Position numbers and translations under genes: made by a program. Shown here one piece after another: positions 52,641 through 63,875 of a stretch of DNA of 64,000 nt. This DNA is from Trypanosoma brucei (Eukaryota), in contig AL929603.2 of NCBI GenBank assembly GCA_000002445.1, positions 256,001-320,000 on the forward strand. Reading direction: 5' to 3'. Numbering within the stretch: the first letter of the stretch is position 1; every line of letters begins with the position of its first letter. The notes under the pieces are model-generated. The model saw only the letters and a program-made list of their open reading frames with translations. It had not been told where the DNA came from and ran no database searches.

Positions 52641-55616
52641 GTGCTGACACCTTGTGCAGCGGAGCAGGGAGCCTTGTCGTTTGCTTGCTCGGGGCGGGGT
52701 GTCATGCCGAAGTCTTCCTCAGCCTATCGACATGATCTTCCCGAGGATCTGCTTGAACTCATCGATCACACAACAAAAGGTGTACAACGTCTGTACGAAT
52801 CTACCAAGCGCGCGAGCCGTGCTGTTTCGCGCAACCAAAGGCAGGCGCCAACAACACTGCCCTCATATTCAAGTTGCAGCGAATGCACAAGCGAAACAGA
52901 GCACGCAGCAACCCAGTTGAGGAACGGCAGAGGAACATCAGTGCCGCGTCAGAAATCTTCTTCCTCGAGGGCTAAGGAGAGAAAGGCATCTGCACCTGCG
53001 GTTAAGTCAATACGTGATGAGGGAACGGAATTGACGTATGATGACGGCCTGCCGCTGCATCCTCATCCTCTTTCTTGTGTGGGACATGAGAAAAATGGCA
53101 AGGGCAGGCGACGCAGCACCGATAGCGGGGACAGGGTGACAGCGCGACAGCAACAGTGGGGTTATTCGCAGCCACTTCCGACAAGTGGAGCTGATATGGG
53201 TGGTCCCTCCCACATGAGAATGGGTAGCACAACTTTTTCATCAGACAATCCCACACACCACCCCGTGTTCAATCGTTCCGCTTCCAGACAGCAAATGTCC
53301 ACTTCAAGTGCCTTTAGCAGCTCTGCTGCTTTTGAGCAGGACCACAGCTCTTCTTTGGCTAGGAAAAGTTGGAAAGACACATTCAGGTCCCTTTTGACGG
53401 GTGACGCAGCACCTCCATCATTTTCGAATGAAGCGGCGATTGAAACTATATCTTCTCGTAGTCCGACGCCCTTTACGCAGGGGGCGAACGCAGTGCCCGA
53501 TAAGGCGCCAAGTCACTGCGGATCTCGCGTTGCCTTGGAGGATGCAGATAGACACTCGCGAAAGCCTCGTTCACCATTGCAAGAGCCAGAAGAGGAAGAC
53601 ATAGAGCATTTGCGGCATCGTCTGAGGGAACAAGAGGTGTCGCACAAGGAAGAGCTAGCGCAACTCCGCACTAAACATTGTATGGAGGTTACACGGCTCC
53701 GTCGTGCGGCACTGGAGGCACGTCAAAAGATTTTAGATGAGGTCACTGCGCAGTTGCAGTCATCTGCTGATGTGAAGGTGAAGTTGCTTCGTGCAGAAAT
53801 TGAAAGCGAGCGCCAACGAGCAGACGGCGTGCAGAAAATGTTGGAGGAGGATAAAGCTGTCATTGAACGACTGCGAGGGGAACTTGATGTAGCCAACAAC
53901 AATGTGAAAACACTTCGAAAGGATCTAAGCACCAAAACGAAGACTATAGCAAAGTTAAATGACAATCTGGAAGGAACACAGCGAGAGCTCGCCGAGTGCA
54001 GGGAGGAAGTTGGTAAACATTCAAGGAACCTTGCAGAGAGTACGCGACGCGAGAAAGTTGCCATTTCACGCGAAAAAGAACAAAGAAATGCGGTGAGGCA
54101 GCTGGAAGAGCAACTGAATGAGCGGGAGCGTCGGTCGCGTGAGGAGCTTGCGCGGCTGCAGGAGGAGCTTCGCACAATGTCAGACGGCTACGAGAAGTTG
54201 ATTAAAGAAGCGTCAGAAAAGCTTTCGGTCCTGGAAAAGGTGGAGCGGAAGTATCATGCCTTGAAGGAGCAGCACCGCGATGAGAAGAAGCAGAGTGAAG
54301 TTGTAACTTCGGAAACTGCTGTGCTGAAAGGAGAGAAGGAAGAGCTGGAGAGGAAAGTGGAGGAGCTGCAGGATGAATTGGAGGCGTTTCGCCTTCAAGT
54401 GGCGAGGAAGGAGCACGAACTGCGGGAAGAGCGCGTCGGACACAGTCAAATGGTCGATGAAATTGTTCAGAAGATGGAACAACAGCAGGAGAAATCCGCT
54501 CGAGAGCAAGAGGACCTGCAAAAAGCTCTTCGCAACTCTGAAGAGCGCCTCGCACGGTCCCAGCGAGCGACTGAAGGGTTGGAGCGGCAACTACAGGAGG
54601 AGCAGGCACACAGCAAGGAATTATTGCTGAAACTCGAGGAGGGAACGCTGCGGCACAAGGAGGAACTCGCCGCCACTCGCCGGTCGGCGGCCACGTATCA
54701 TCAGCAATCGGAGGGGGTTATATCAAGCCTGAAACGACAGCTTCGTGAGAAAGATACCAAACTAGAGGCTCTCGCTAACGCCGCATCGGAACCACTTCAC
54801 CGACTACGCAGTCAACTGGAGGATGAGCGCAGCAAACGCGCCCGCCTCGAGGAACAGTTTAACCAATATAAGCAGAAAGCAAAACTTGCACAGGAAGCGG
54901 CACTAAGGGAGATACGACGTGAGCAACAGCGAGTGTCGTCAGTAGGGCGGACGCAGCCAAAGAGTGGGCTGATGCCGCGCCCCCGTCTCTCGGGACACGA
55001 GGAGGGGGATCTAATGTTTCCTACTCCTCCCTCCGCTTCGTCTGCCTCTCCTGCCGGAACGATTGCTGTTGCCGATGTTTCGCCGATGCCCACCCCCACG
55101 TATCCTCCTCCACTGCGTGACACCGATGTGGCTGGGGGCTCAAGTCGAACACCTGTTAAAGTCGCGAACTCCGTTTCACACGCACCGCAGATGCACGATC
55201 GCCATAATGAAGGCAATACGGTTACACCACCGCAGTACGTTGGTCACCGTTCCGGTTGGGATTCCGTTGGTTCGATCTCAAATATATCTTGCAGTTCACC
55301 TCTCTGTAGTAGTCGTTTTGGTGATTTGAGGAGCGTGGATGAGTCAGTGGTAAGTGCGGGTGATGGGCGGCCCGCTGCACATGCCCTGGCGAACGGCAAC
55401 GGCATGTCACCCGCAGGCCAAACCATCGACGAACGTATGGTTCAACACGAACTAGTACTGCAGGAATTTCACAAATCAGCTGCTGAAGTTTTCAGGAAAA
55501 TAACGGGTAACCGTGACGAGTTCCTTGCGAGGTGCACTTCTGCAGTGCGTTCGGCATCACATCGTACTGCTGACAAGGAGCATATTTCTGTTCATGGTAA
55601 TGGGGTGTTGGACTAA
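52641..55616 (+). CDS. Long coiled-coil protein, 991 aa. Ser/Pro-rich N-terminal and C-terminal regions flank a roughly 450-aa heptad coiled-coil rich in E, L, R, K and Q.
   Basis: The translated sequence shows continuous heptad-like charged repeats from about aa 330 to 780 (ELAQLRTKH ... LEEQFNQYKQKAKLAQEAALRE). The antisense ORFs over this region are low-complexity artefacts. Confidence 0.65.
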   Translation: MLTPCAAEQGALSFACSGRGVMPKSSSAYRHDLPEDLLELIDHTTKGVQRLYESTKRASRAVSRNQRQAPTTLPSYSSCSECTSETEHAATQLRNGRGTSVPRQKSSSSRAKERKASAPAVKSIRDEGTELTYDDGLPLHPHPLSCVGHEKNGKGRRRSTDSGDRVTARQQQWGYSQPLPTSGADMGGPSHMRMGSTTFSSDNPTHHPVFNRSASRQQMSTSSAFSSSAAFEQDHSSSLARKSWKDTFRSLLTGDAAPPSFSNEAAIETISSRSPTPFTQGANAVPDKAPSHCGSRVALEDADRHSRKPRSPLQEPEEEDIEHLRHRLREQEVSHKEELAQLRTKHCMEVTRLRRAALEARQKILDEVTAQLQSSADVKVKLLRAEIESERQRADGVQKMLEEDKAVIERLRGELDVANNNVKTLRKDLSTKTKTIAKLNDNLEGTQRELAECREEVGKHSRNLAESTRREKVAISREKEQRNAVRQLEEQLNERERRSREELARLQEELRTMSDGYEKLIKEASEKLSVLEKVERKYHALKEQHRDEKKQSEVVTSETAVLKGEKEELERKVEELQDELEAFRLQVARKEHELREERVGHSQMVDEIVQKMEQQQEKSAREQEDLQKALRNSEERLARSQRATEGLERQLQEEQAHSKELLLKLEEGTLRHKEELAATRRSAATYHQQSEGVISSLKRQLREKDTKLEALANAASEPLHRLRSQLEDERSKRARLEEQFNQYKQKAKLAQEAALREIRREQQRVSSVGRTQPKSGLMPRPRLSGHEEGDLMFPTPPSASSASPAGTIAVADVSPMPTPTYPPPLRDTDVAGGSSRTPVKVANSVSHAPQMHDRHNEGNTVTPPQYVGHRSGWDSVGSISNISCSSPLCSSRFGDLRSVDESVVSAGDGRPAAHALANGNGMSPAGQTIDERMVQHELVLQEFHKSAAEVFRKITGNRDEFLARCTSAVRSASHRTADKEHISVHGNGVLD

Positions 55617-56456
55617 CAGTATATTTTTTGACCTGTTTCCTTTCCCTTTACCCATGGGATGGGTGGCAATATATCGCCTACTGTTGCGTGTGAGCCCTCC
55701 AGGAATTGTTTCGTTAGTTTAATAAGGTCTTCGATTCAATGTGTAGCCGTTCCCGCATGTGGCGGCACATGATTGCTCCGGAGTGCGCTGTGGTGAAGGC
55801 GGGTCTTCGGCACCTTTTTTTGCTGCTGTTTTTCAGGTCCCCGAATCTGTGGACTATTCTCGTCCGCTATTGCACGTGGGTTCCATGGATTAGTACCAAG
55901 TGTTGATTGGGGTATTGCAATTGTGAGGACTTTTCAAGGGAATATGTGTTTGAGGATTACTGCTGTTGGTGTGTGTATGTGTATGTTAGTGTGGCGATGC
56001 TCTGTTCTTAAAGTCGTCTCTTGACGGGGCGTTAGTGATACAGGATGGGCGGTGCTCACAGACATCTTAAAGAGGCTTTTGCATAGCGAAAATGTGCTTA
56101 GTGATGCATACACGCACACTTTTGTGACTGCTGATCTGCCGATGCGCGCAGTTCCGTAACTTGTACCATTGTCGAGGGGTGAAATTCCCAGGATATCCGA
56201 AAAAAGCCGACTACAATTTTTTCTGCTCCTTCCCCTCCAATTCCTCCTATAGCACCCATATATATATTCCTATTCAGTTAACCATTAACGTTCTTGTTGG
56301 CGGCTGTGCCAGCACAATCATCAGTCAAAAGTGGGTTGAGTGTCTATCACTGAGATTATTTTTCCTTTTCCCTTTTTTCAAGTTTCCGGTAGTTTGTGTG
56401 CCTACCCGAACGTGGCTCTAGGACGAAAGTAAATACTTCTGGGCAGTCCACTTTTT

Positions 56457-57566
56457 ATGTCTCGGGGTGGAATATTTGGTGACCCTCGCAAAAAGGGTCG
56501 TACCGCGACGGACAAATATTCCAAGAAAGAGCCTCCACAGAGCAAAAACCGCACAGAGACGAGTTCTGCAGCCAAGGTGTCAAAGAAAGCAGGAGCGCTG
56601 TATGGCCCTGTTGTTGTACACAGTTCTGGGTGTGCCAGTCGTGATTCTGCCAATGATCGTAGGGGCATTCCATTTAAAAACAAGCACGAAGAACGCGAGT
56701 ACAAGAAGGCGAAACACATTCCAAAGTATGCACCAAATCCAACGGGAGGGAAAGGAGAAAACGGGGAACCAACTCCGCGCCCAAGCGGTGCCAGTAGTGC
56801 CGCGCAGCGTCGTGCTATTCGCCGCGTGAGGGATGATGATAGCGTTTTGGAACACTTCCGCACAAAACTTTCAGCGAGTACCTTTCGTCTGTTAAATGAG
56901 CAAATATATAACTCGCCTATTTCTTCTGTTGCAGAGCTGTTGCGTGATCCATCCACGTATGCTGATTACCATAATGGCTATCGCCAACAGATTCAACAGT
57001 GGCCCATCAAACCATACGATGTTATCTTGCAAGCCCTGCTTGAGGATCGTCGGGGGCGTTTTGTAGCTAATAAAGCCAAGAGCATGCCTGGGTACATTCC
57101 TTCCAGTTGGGTTATTGCAGACATGGGCTGTGGGGATGCGCAGGTAGCACAAGCACTTTGTCCAAAAGGTTACACAGTTCACTCATTTGATTTACATGCA
57201 ATGAACGAATATGTAACTGTTGCTAACATCGCTCACGTCCCTCTAGAGAAAAAGTCCGTCGACATCTGCATTTTTTCTCTTAGCCTCATGTCGACTGACT
57301 ACATTAAATGCCTGTACGAGGCATTTCGCATCCTCAAACCGAAGCGACTGCTGAAGATCGTCGAAGTTCGCTCGCGTGTTCCGCACCCTCGGCGTTTTGC
57401 AGAGCTTGTTGAAGGTATTGGTTTCACTTTGGATTATCACGATACTGTTGGGGATTATTTTGTAGCGTACGACTTCATTAAGTTAGATGGACAGGAGTCG
57501 GCTAATCAGCACCCAAAGTATGACCCGCAAGAGGTGCTTGTCCCGTCACTGTACAAAAAGCGGTGA
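56457..57566 (+). CDS. RRP8: Rrp8-family (nucleomethylin-like) SAM-dependent rRNA methyltransferase, 369 aa.
   Basis: Basic N-terminal tail, then a Rossmann methyltransferase fold with motif I VIADMGCGDA, and the Rrp8-characteristic order TVHSFDL ... VDICIFSLSLMSTDY ... EAFRILKPKRLLKIVEV. Confidence 0.75.
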   Translation: MSRGGIFGDPRKKGRTATDKYSKKEPPQSKNRTETSSAAKVSKKAGALYGPVVVHSSGCASRDSANDRRGIPFKNKHEEREYKKAKHIPKYAPNPTGGKGENGEPTPRPSGASSAAQRRAIRRVRDDDSVLEHFRTKLSASTFRLLNEQIYNSPISSVAELLRDPSTYADYHNGYRQQIQQWPIKPYDVILQALLEDRRGRFVANKAKSMPGYIPSSWVIADMGCGDAQVAQALCPKGYTVHSFDLHAMNEYVTVANIAHVPLEKKSVDICIFSLSLMSTDYIKCLYEAFRILKPKRLLKIVEVRSRVPHPRRFAELVEGIGFTLDYHDTVGDYFVAYDFIKLDGQESANQHPKYDPQEVLVPSLYKKR

Positions 57567-57712
57567 TAGGTACCGGTTCGTTCGTGACAACTGCGGTTTT
57601 TGCCGTGCGGAAACAAATTAAGCGGAAGATAAATAAGTATAGTACAGTGGGGGGGCAGCCAAAGAAAGCGTTTAAAAATCACTACACTGGTGATTCGGAA
57701 GGGTTGGAGACG

Positions 57713-57713
<1 letters not shown>

Positions 57714-57745
<32 letters not shown>

Positions 57746-57746
57746 C
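57714..57746 (+). repeat. (TA)n-(TG)n compound microsatellite.
   Basis: The sequence shows tatatatatatatgtgtgtgtgtgtgtgtgtc in the 3-prime intergenic region. Confidence 0.95.
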
Positions 57747-57958
57747 TGTATAAGTACCTCCTTTCCTCACCCTGCTTCTCTGAGTCCTACTTGCCCCCTA
57801 TTTTTAAGTGTAAAAATGTTGTGCTCTCACGCGTGTAAGATTCAACAAAGAAGGAAGTCTGTTTGTGACTCTAGTCCAGTTTTTTCTCTAACCTGCTTTG
57901 TGCGGTCTTTTTCATTCCTTTCTGTAGGTATAACTCACCTGACGAAAAAAAGGAGAAG

Positions 57959-59833
57959 GTGGGGAGGTGGGTACTACCAATGGGTCGCTATACGCGCCGG
58001 TTCACGCTTCGCGTGGGTGTTGGAGCAGTCGCCTTCGCTTGTGCCTGGGCGGTATGTCACCGCTGGAATCTGCGACGCAGCGGTGTCATTTCCTTTCCTG
58101 AAGAAGTTGTTCACTTTCAGCCTCTTCCCCGGGACTTGAAGCTGCGGCAAATGAAGGAAAGCAGCAGTTTTGAAAATCCTTTTGATGCTCTTATTATTGG
58201 TGGAGGCGTTACGGGGTTATATACTGCAGTAGATGCAGCGAAACGTGGCTTGCGCGTTGCTGTTGTCGGTGCGGGTGATTTTGCCTCCGGTTACTCTGGA
58301 ACATCTCCTCCGCTCCTTCCTGGTGCGTTTCCATACGTCCAGCGAGCATTGCGACAACGAGACGCGAAGTGGCTACGCCGTGCTGCTGAAGCCTGGGAAG
58401 CCCGTACAATTTGGTCGAATGTAGCACCAAGTATCGTTAATAATAATGTACGCACACTGGTTCCCTCTGCGCACGCGATGGAGTTTATGGAACTAGCCGC
58501 AACGGCAGTGGTTGCCACACTCCTGAGCCCGTTCTTTGGCCCGTGGAGGTCGTGCTCATTTGTGAGGGGAAAACATCTCCTTGAAGAGTTTCCCGGCGCT
58601 GAAGATAAGGCAGTGGGGGCCATCATCGTGCGCGACGCGACAGTTGACGGCGCGGCGGCCGCTATAGCACTGGCACGAACGGCTGACGCCTTGGGAGCTG
58701 TAACGCTGAATTACGCCCAGGTTGAGAGGATTACCGAGATTGACAATGAGTCAACTTCGTCTGGTAGAGCAAACTTTGTTGTCACCATCAGTGATGTGAA
58801 TGCATGTTGTGGATTGGGAGATGTCGCTACCTCTAAAGTGGAGATGTACACTCGTTCTATCGTTAATTGTGCTGGAGCTTTGGTGGACGAAGTGAAACAA
58901 CTCTTCCCCGGCAATTCATCAGATAACGTGCCGACAGCAGTAGAGCGGCATCAGCTCAGCTCGTATCTAGTGATGCCAGCTACCGCATTGCTCACTGGTG
59001 AGCGTATTACGGGTTGGGCTGGTTCTGCTAGGGCGTTAATGGCTTCGTCAACGTCATACGCTTTCTCCTCGGTTATGATTGTTCCATGGTTCGATGAATG
59101 TGTGTTATTGGGGCCAAGTGTAGCCCCCTTTTCTCTCTCTCCCACCAGGGCTGCCGCTGCTGCCACAATTTCAGGAGCGGTACCAATGCACTCTCTTCAA
59201 GCATCAGGCGGACACGCCAGTGGCGCGGACGACAGTACATGTGAACGAATTTGTGCCGCATTGAAGGCCTCTGGTGTTGAAGTCGACAAGGGACGCATAT
59301 TGTCATGCATTTCCACGGTTGTGCCTGTTCTTCGTGATCCCTCGTCCGTTCCTTGGTTGTCAAACGTTCTGTCAGAGGGTTACCACATTGCCGCAGGAGG
59401 AGAGAATCGGCACCGTGTGCACATATATGGTGGATCTCTGGGGTTAGCACGGCTCATTGCGGAGAAGGCTGTGGACAAGCTACTTAACAACGGTATAACC
59501 TTCAATGTGGAAGAGGTGAAGCGGCTTCGACCGTGTGAGACAAAATGGTTGCCACTTGTTTTTGGAAGTGCCGGTGCAGGAATGGACTATTATGATTCTT
59601 TGTCACCACTGGAGCGCGTGCGTACTTTGGTGCGTGAGCAGTACGCAGTGCGACTAGTGGACGTGGTCTCACGTCGGACTCGTATCGCATACAGTAGCCC
59701 AGCTGAGGCGCTTGCTGCGCTTCCAGCGCTTGCAGAACTTATGCGTGTTGAACTTGGATGGAGTTCGCGGAGGGCGAAATGGGAGTTGGAGGAAGCACGG
59801 TCGTTTATCCTCGCCGCCACGGCTCTCACATGA
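57959..59833 (+). CDS. FAD-dependent glycerol-3-phosphate dehydrogenase-like flavoprotein, 624 aa.
   Basis: N-terminal FAD Rossmann motif DALIIGGGVTGLYTAVDAAKRGLRVAVV, the same arrangement as mitochondrial FAD-G3PDH (DVLVIGGGATGSG ... RGLKTALVE), plus a C-terminal alpha-helical domain. The family call is moderately firm; the substrate is not. Confidence 0.65.
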   Translation: MGRWVLPMGRYTRRFTLRVGVGAVAFACAWAVCHRWNLRRSGVISFPEEVVHFQPLPRDLKLRQMKESSSFENPFDALIIGGGVTGLYTAVDAAKRGLRVAVVGAGDFASGYSGTSPPLLPGAFPYVQRALRQRDAKWLRRAAEAWEARTIWSNVAPSIVNNNVRTLVPSAHAMEFMELAATAVVATLLSPFFGPWRSCSFVRGKHLLEEFPGAEDKAVGAIIVRDATVDGAAAAIALARTADALGAVTLNYAQVERITEIDNESTSSGRANFVVTISDVNACCGLGDVATSKVEMYTRSIVNCAGALVDEVKQLFPGNSSDNVPTAVERHQLSSYLVMPATALLTGERITGWAGSARALMASSTSYAFSSVMIVPWFDECVLLGPSVAPFSLSPTRAAAAATISGAVPMHSLQASGGHASGADDSTCERICAALKASGVEVDKGRILSCISTVVPVLRDPSSVPWLSNVLSEGYHIAAGGENRHRVHIYGGSLGLARLIAEKAVDKLLNNGITFNVEEVKRLRPCETKWLPLVFGSAGAGMDYYDSLSPLERVRTLVREQYAVRLVDVVSRRTRIAYSSPAEALAALPALAELMRVELGWSSRRAKWELEEARSFILAATALT

Positions 59834-60189
59834 AGGTATGTTGTTGTTGAAGAGGCCGGTAGTGAATGTGTCGACCCTTTCAAAGTCCTTACACTCTTCT
59901 GCACCTTTACGCAAGTTGTACATTTATGGACACGTCACAGGAAGTGTGTCTTCCAGCGTTGCGTATCGGTGGGTCGTACGTCACAATGTTTGTTCTTTCT
60001 TTCTTCTGTGCCTTCCCCCTCTCCCCATCCCCCGCACCAGAGCCGCAAGTGCATAAAGCACGCTCACACACAGCGGATGCTGCCAGTTTAATTTTTTTTT
60101 TCCCGTTCCCTCCCTCTCCCCTCTGTTATTTGTAGGCGGCCGTTGCTTATCGCCTTCGTATAACCACCGCTTAGTACGCGCCTTGGAGC

Positions 60190-61263
60190 ATGGCGACTAT
60201 TTACCACGAGGGCTTCAAAGTGCGGTATGTGACTCGCGGCATCGGTTCATGGGTGCTTTATTTCTTAAGCCTTGCCGCTCTGTTTATTCTACCTTTTGTT
60301 ATCGCTACTTCTATGGGGGGCATTTGGCTAACCAACAGCCACTTTACGCAGCATCCCAGGTTGAAGTTCAGCGGCAGGTGTCTCCTTCGTTATACGACTG
60401 TGCGCGGGAAGGAGAAGTTGTGGACGTGTTCTGACGCCTTCAACGAAAAGTTGTTATATGGCCATGCGGAGTTGGACACGTTGCCATTCTTCACCATCTA
60501 CGAGGAGGATCGGGACAGTGATGGCAGTGTAGATTGTGTAACCATAGTTCTTGGCCTTCCTGTGAATAGTCTAGGAAGCAGAGTGGAAAATAGCTTTCCA
60601 CCACCCGATGAGATGGACGCGATCGAACGCGTGGAGTTTATTCCTGAATTCATCTACGAAATCATACATCCATCTATTCATTTGAATATGACAGCTGCCC
60701 CCCTTATTGTTTTCCAACGTCCCGGGGGAGGGCACGCATCGGCATCCGGGACGGGAGGGGCGCATACGGGTGGTCCTGTGTGTGCGTCCACATCGGGGGA
60801 TATTTTATTTCACACAACAGAACCTCTGTATTCGTGGTCCAACGTGCATTATGCTCACACATACGCGGACAGTCCCCTCGACGCCGTGGAGAGCATAGAT
60901 GATGTACTTAATGTACCCCGTTTCGCTCAGAAATACGCATCCCGGAATCAATCCCTTTTGTTCAGACGTTACGCAGAATCCGCCGGTGGTGCCTCACTAC
61001 TGCCTGACATAACATACGATCGAGTATTAGGCGAAGATATGGATACTGTGGGCGATTTCACATGGAAGCTCACGCTACGTGTTCAGGATGCCAACGTGCC
61101 GTACGTGTCATCTATACCGGAATTAATAAAGTGGGCGTGGATTCAATATTTTACCATTGCTTACGTTATACAATGGGTGCTATGGAAATTACGTGGCATG
61201 CTGTTGAAATCAGGAATGATTGGTTCAACTGCAATATTTCACCGTGGTTATGCACCGCGCTAG
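60190..61263 (+). CDS. TMEM231: TMEM231 homolog (ciliary transition-zone MKS-module protein), 357 aa with two TM helices.
   Basis: [24 protein letters not shown] against human [46 protein letters not shown] against [22 protein letters not shown]; C-terminal [25 protein letters not shown] against [25 protein letters not shown]. The TM topology is the same at both ends. Confidence 0.7.
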   Translation: [357 protein letters not shown]

Positions 61264-61828
61264 GGTTCTTAGTGTTGTTGTCTGTGAATTGTGGGTCGGC
61301 GGCCGCGTACCGAACGGCGAGTCCGTATAGCGTGTAGAACTCCACACATTTTTTTCATACATATCATGACTTCCTGTCACAGACGTACATAGTAACGGGA
61401 AACTGCGTATCGCTCGTAAGGAGGCTAACATCCCTCCTTTATATGTAATACGTACCGGTAAATGCACTCTTTATGTGCCAAGTTATCTTCGTGCGGTCGA
61501 AGCTCAAATTGTTTCTTTGTGGCTGTTACTATTAGTTTGTTTTTGTGCTTCTCATGTCGTGGGATCCGTGACCGCTTTTTCTTTCTTTTTTCAGCTACTT
61601 GCATGTTCTCCTTCAACCTCTATCCTCTTTTTTTCCTCATGCACCTCTTGCTCTTTTTGCTTTGGACCACGCTTTACTTCCTAAGGTGCGGCTTTTTTTT
61701 TGTGCGTTGTCGCACCCCTGCCGTTTCTGAAGGAGTCGCACAACGTCAATCACTTGGGTAGTGTGTTGCCCCGTGGTCCCAATTCAACTGGTAGAAGTGC
61801 GGAACTCACAGATTATTTTTGTTGTTAG

Positions 61829-63271
61829 ATGGCAATTGTTGTCGTGCAGGTGGGCCAATGCGGTAATCAACTGGGTGAGGAACTATGGCGACAGCTTTCG
61901 ATTGCCACTGATAAAGGTGCCGTGCGTTCACCTTTCTTTACCAGTAATCGGAAGGCTCGTTGCGTTATGGTTGACTCTGAACCTAAGGTGGTGCAGACCG
62001 TCTACAACCGTTATGCCGATATTATGCGGGCTGAAAACGTTGTCTGCGGTCACTCTGGTCGCGGGAATCACTGGGCGTTAGGTTATTACGGTCTCAATAA
62101 TCCAAAAAGTAGTCGGTGTGCTGAGAAAGCCGCCGCATCCCGTCCATTTCAGGTCACGAAGGATCAGCGGCGGGGTGACAACTTTGTTGTACGCGATGCT
62201 CTTCGCGCCATCTATGCCGAAACACGTCGCACAGATGACACGGAGGAGTTTGAGGCAATTTTGGTATTACACAGTTTAGCTGGTGGTACAGGCAGCGGTA
62301 TGGCTTCGCTACTGTTAGAGAAGATACGGTACTACTTCATTGAACCGACTGAAGACGAACTTGCAAATGCGGACGAGAAAGCGGAGGCGGACATGATGTG
62401 GAACGACGGACTGGATGGTATGCTGATGCACAAACGGCGAGCCCTATTTCTTATCAGCATTGCAGTCGCACCACAATCCATTGGGGAAATATCCACCCAA
62501 AGTTTGAATGCAGCACTTACTCTGCATGCCTTGCGGATCGTAGATGCTGTGCTGCTGTTACGCAACGACGACTGCCTGAGGGCGCGGGATGATCGAGCTG
62601 CTGGTCCGCGTGGGGCCGGAGGGAAGGAGACCATTTCCTCTTCTTCTTCCCTTTCCCTCCTTAAACCTTGTGCAACCTTCACCGAGGTGAACGAAGTTTT
62701 CGTGACGTTGTTGATGCCCGTGCTCTTGTACGGTGTGGGGGAGAGTCCTATTTGTAATCTTGTGCTATCGTGCTCCCCGAGTCATAGAAAAATGAACAAC
62801 ATCTTGACGATTGTGCCTACACCGCAGCGTCACTACCTGCGGTTCAAGGAGTCCTCCATTCTCTCACGTTTCTACTGCATCACTGGTGCGAAGTCACACC
62901 TGCCATCCGTGTGTCCAACAGTTCCTGTGGAGTTGTTGCACACCTCGAGGTCTCTTCAGTCGACGGATCCTGTGCATTCTAGGGAGGAGGTAAAGATACC
63001 GAAACCGCTGTATCTGAGCTTTGTTCAACCTGGGTCAAAGAAGCGTTCTCCGGCGGCTACACTTCTGACTGAAATTGAGGGTGTCCTCGTTATGAACCAG
63101 GCGCGTGAACTAAATGCACAGTTGCTGTTCCCTCTCTTGCGAACAGCAGCAGTGAAGGTAAAGGCAGGTGCTTTCATGTCCACATTTCTGGATTCCGGAG
63201 TGGCGGCAGAGCGCATTCAGTTGGCGATCAAGAGTGTTGCTCTTAAGCTTGCTGATGCGGAGGAGGATTGA
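61829..63271 (+). CDS. TUBD: Delta-tubulin (divergent tubulin superfamily member), 480 aa.
   Basis: MAIVVVQVGQCGNQLGEELW against human delta-tubulin MSIVTVQLGQCGNQIGFEVF, and the tubulin signature LAGGTGSGMAS (GGGTGSG). It carries a low-complexity insert. Epsilon or zeta tubulin is not fully excluded. Confidence 0.7.
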   Translation: MAIVVVQVGQCGNQLGEELWRQLSIATDKGAVRSPFFTSNRKARCVMVDSEPKVVQTVYNRYADIMRAENVVCGHSGRGNHWALGYYGLNNPKSSRCAEKAAASRPFQVTKDQRRGDNFVVRDALRAIYAETRRTDDTEEFEAILVLHSLAGGTGSGMASLLLEKIRYYFIEPTEDELANADEKAEADMMWNDGLDGMLMHKRRALFLISIAVAPQSIGEISTQSLNAALTLHALRIVDAVLLLRNDDCLRARDDRAAGPRGAGGKETISSSSSLSLLKPCATFTEVNEVFVTLLMPVLLYGVGESPICNLVLSCSPSHRKMNNILTIVPTPQRHYLRFKESSILSRFYCITGAKSHLPSVCPTVPVELLHTSRSLQSTDPVHSREEVKIPKPLYLSFVQPGSKKRSPAATLLTEIEGVLVMNQARELNAQLLFPLLRTAAVKVKAGAFMSTFLDSGVAAERIQLAIKSVALKLADAEED

Positions 63272-63875
63272 TTTTCGGTGTTTCCCCTTCTTCCCCACCA
63301 GTTTCCAATGAGACGGTTGTCTCCACGGAGGGCGTGATACATTGCTTTCCTTTTGGTTGCAGTGCGGAAGGGGGAGTATATATATTTTTTATGTTCGTCG
63401 GATTCCCAGCTCCAATTTGTCTTGTTTGTGAATTCTTTGTCAAGTGGCGCAGCGGCGAGTGGATGGACAATGAATCTGTCATTGCCATGATCAGAGTATT
63501 TATTCCATTGTCACGCGTAACGTCAGCGTGCGTCTACATTCGCCACCGCATACTCGTCACATTCCATATCTGTCTGTTTGTTTATTTTTTAATTTTGGTA
63601 TCCCTTATGTGTTTTCCCCTTTACTCTCGACTTACCTGTGTTAGCATGCGACATGAGGCCACTGAGGTGTAGTTTTGGTCGCAGGCACCGCGTGACGAGC
63701 GCGGCATTTGGCGTTTCCCAGTTTCCTTCTAGCAGTAGCACCTTCTCAGCATCGTGCCGGTGGGTGGTGATACCACCAGTGGAACCCATAACTAGCGCAT
63801 CCGCATCCGCGTCCTCTTCCTCTTCCTCCTCGCGCAAAGGTGAGTGCCGCACATCGTATCGTTTCGCAGTTAAGG

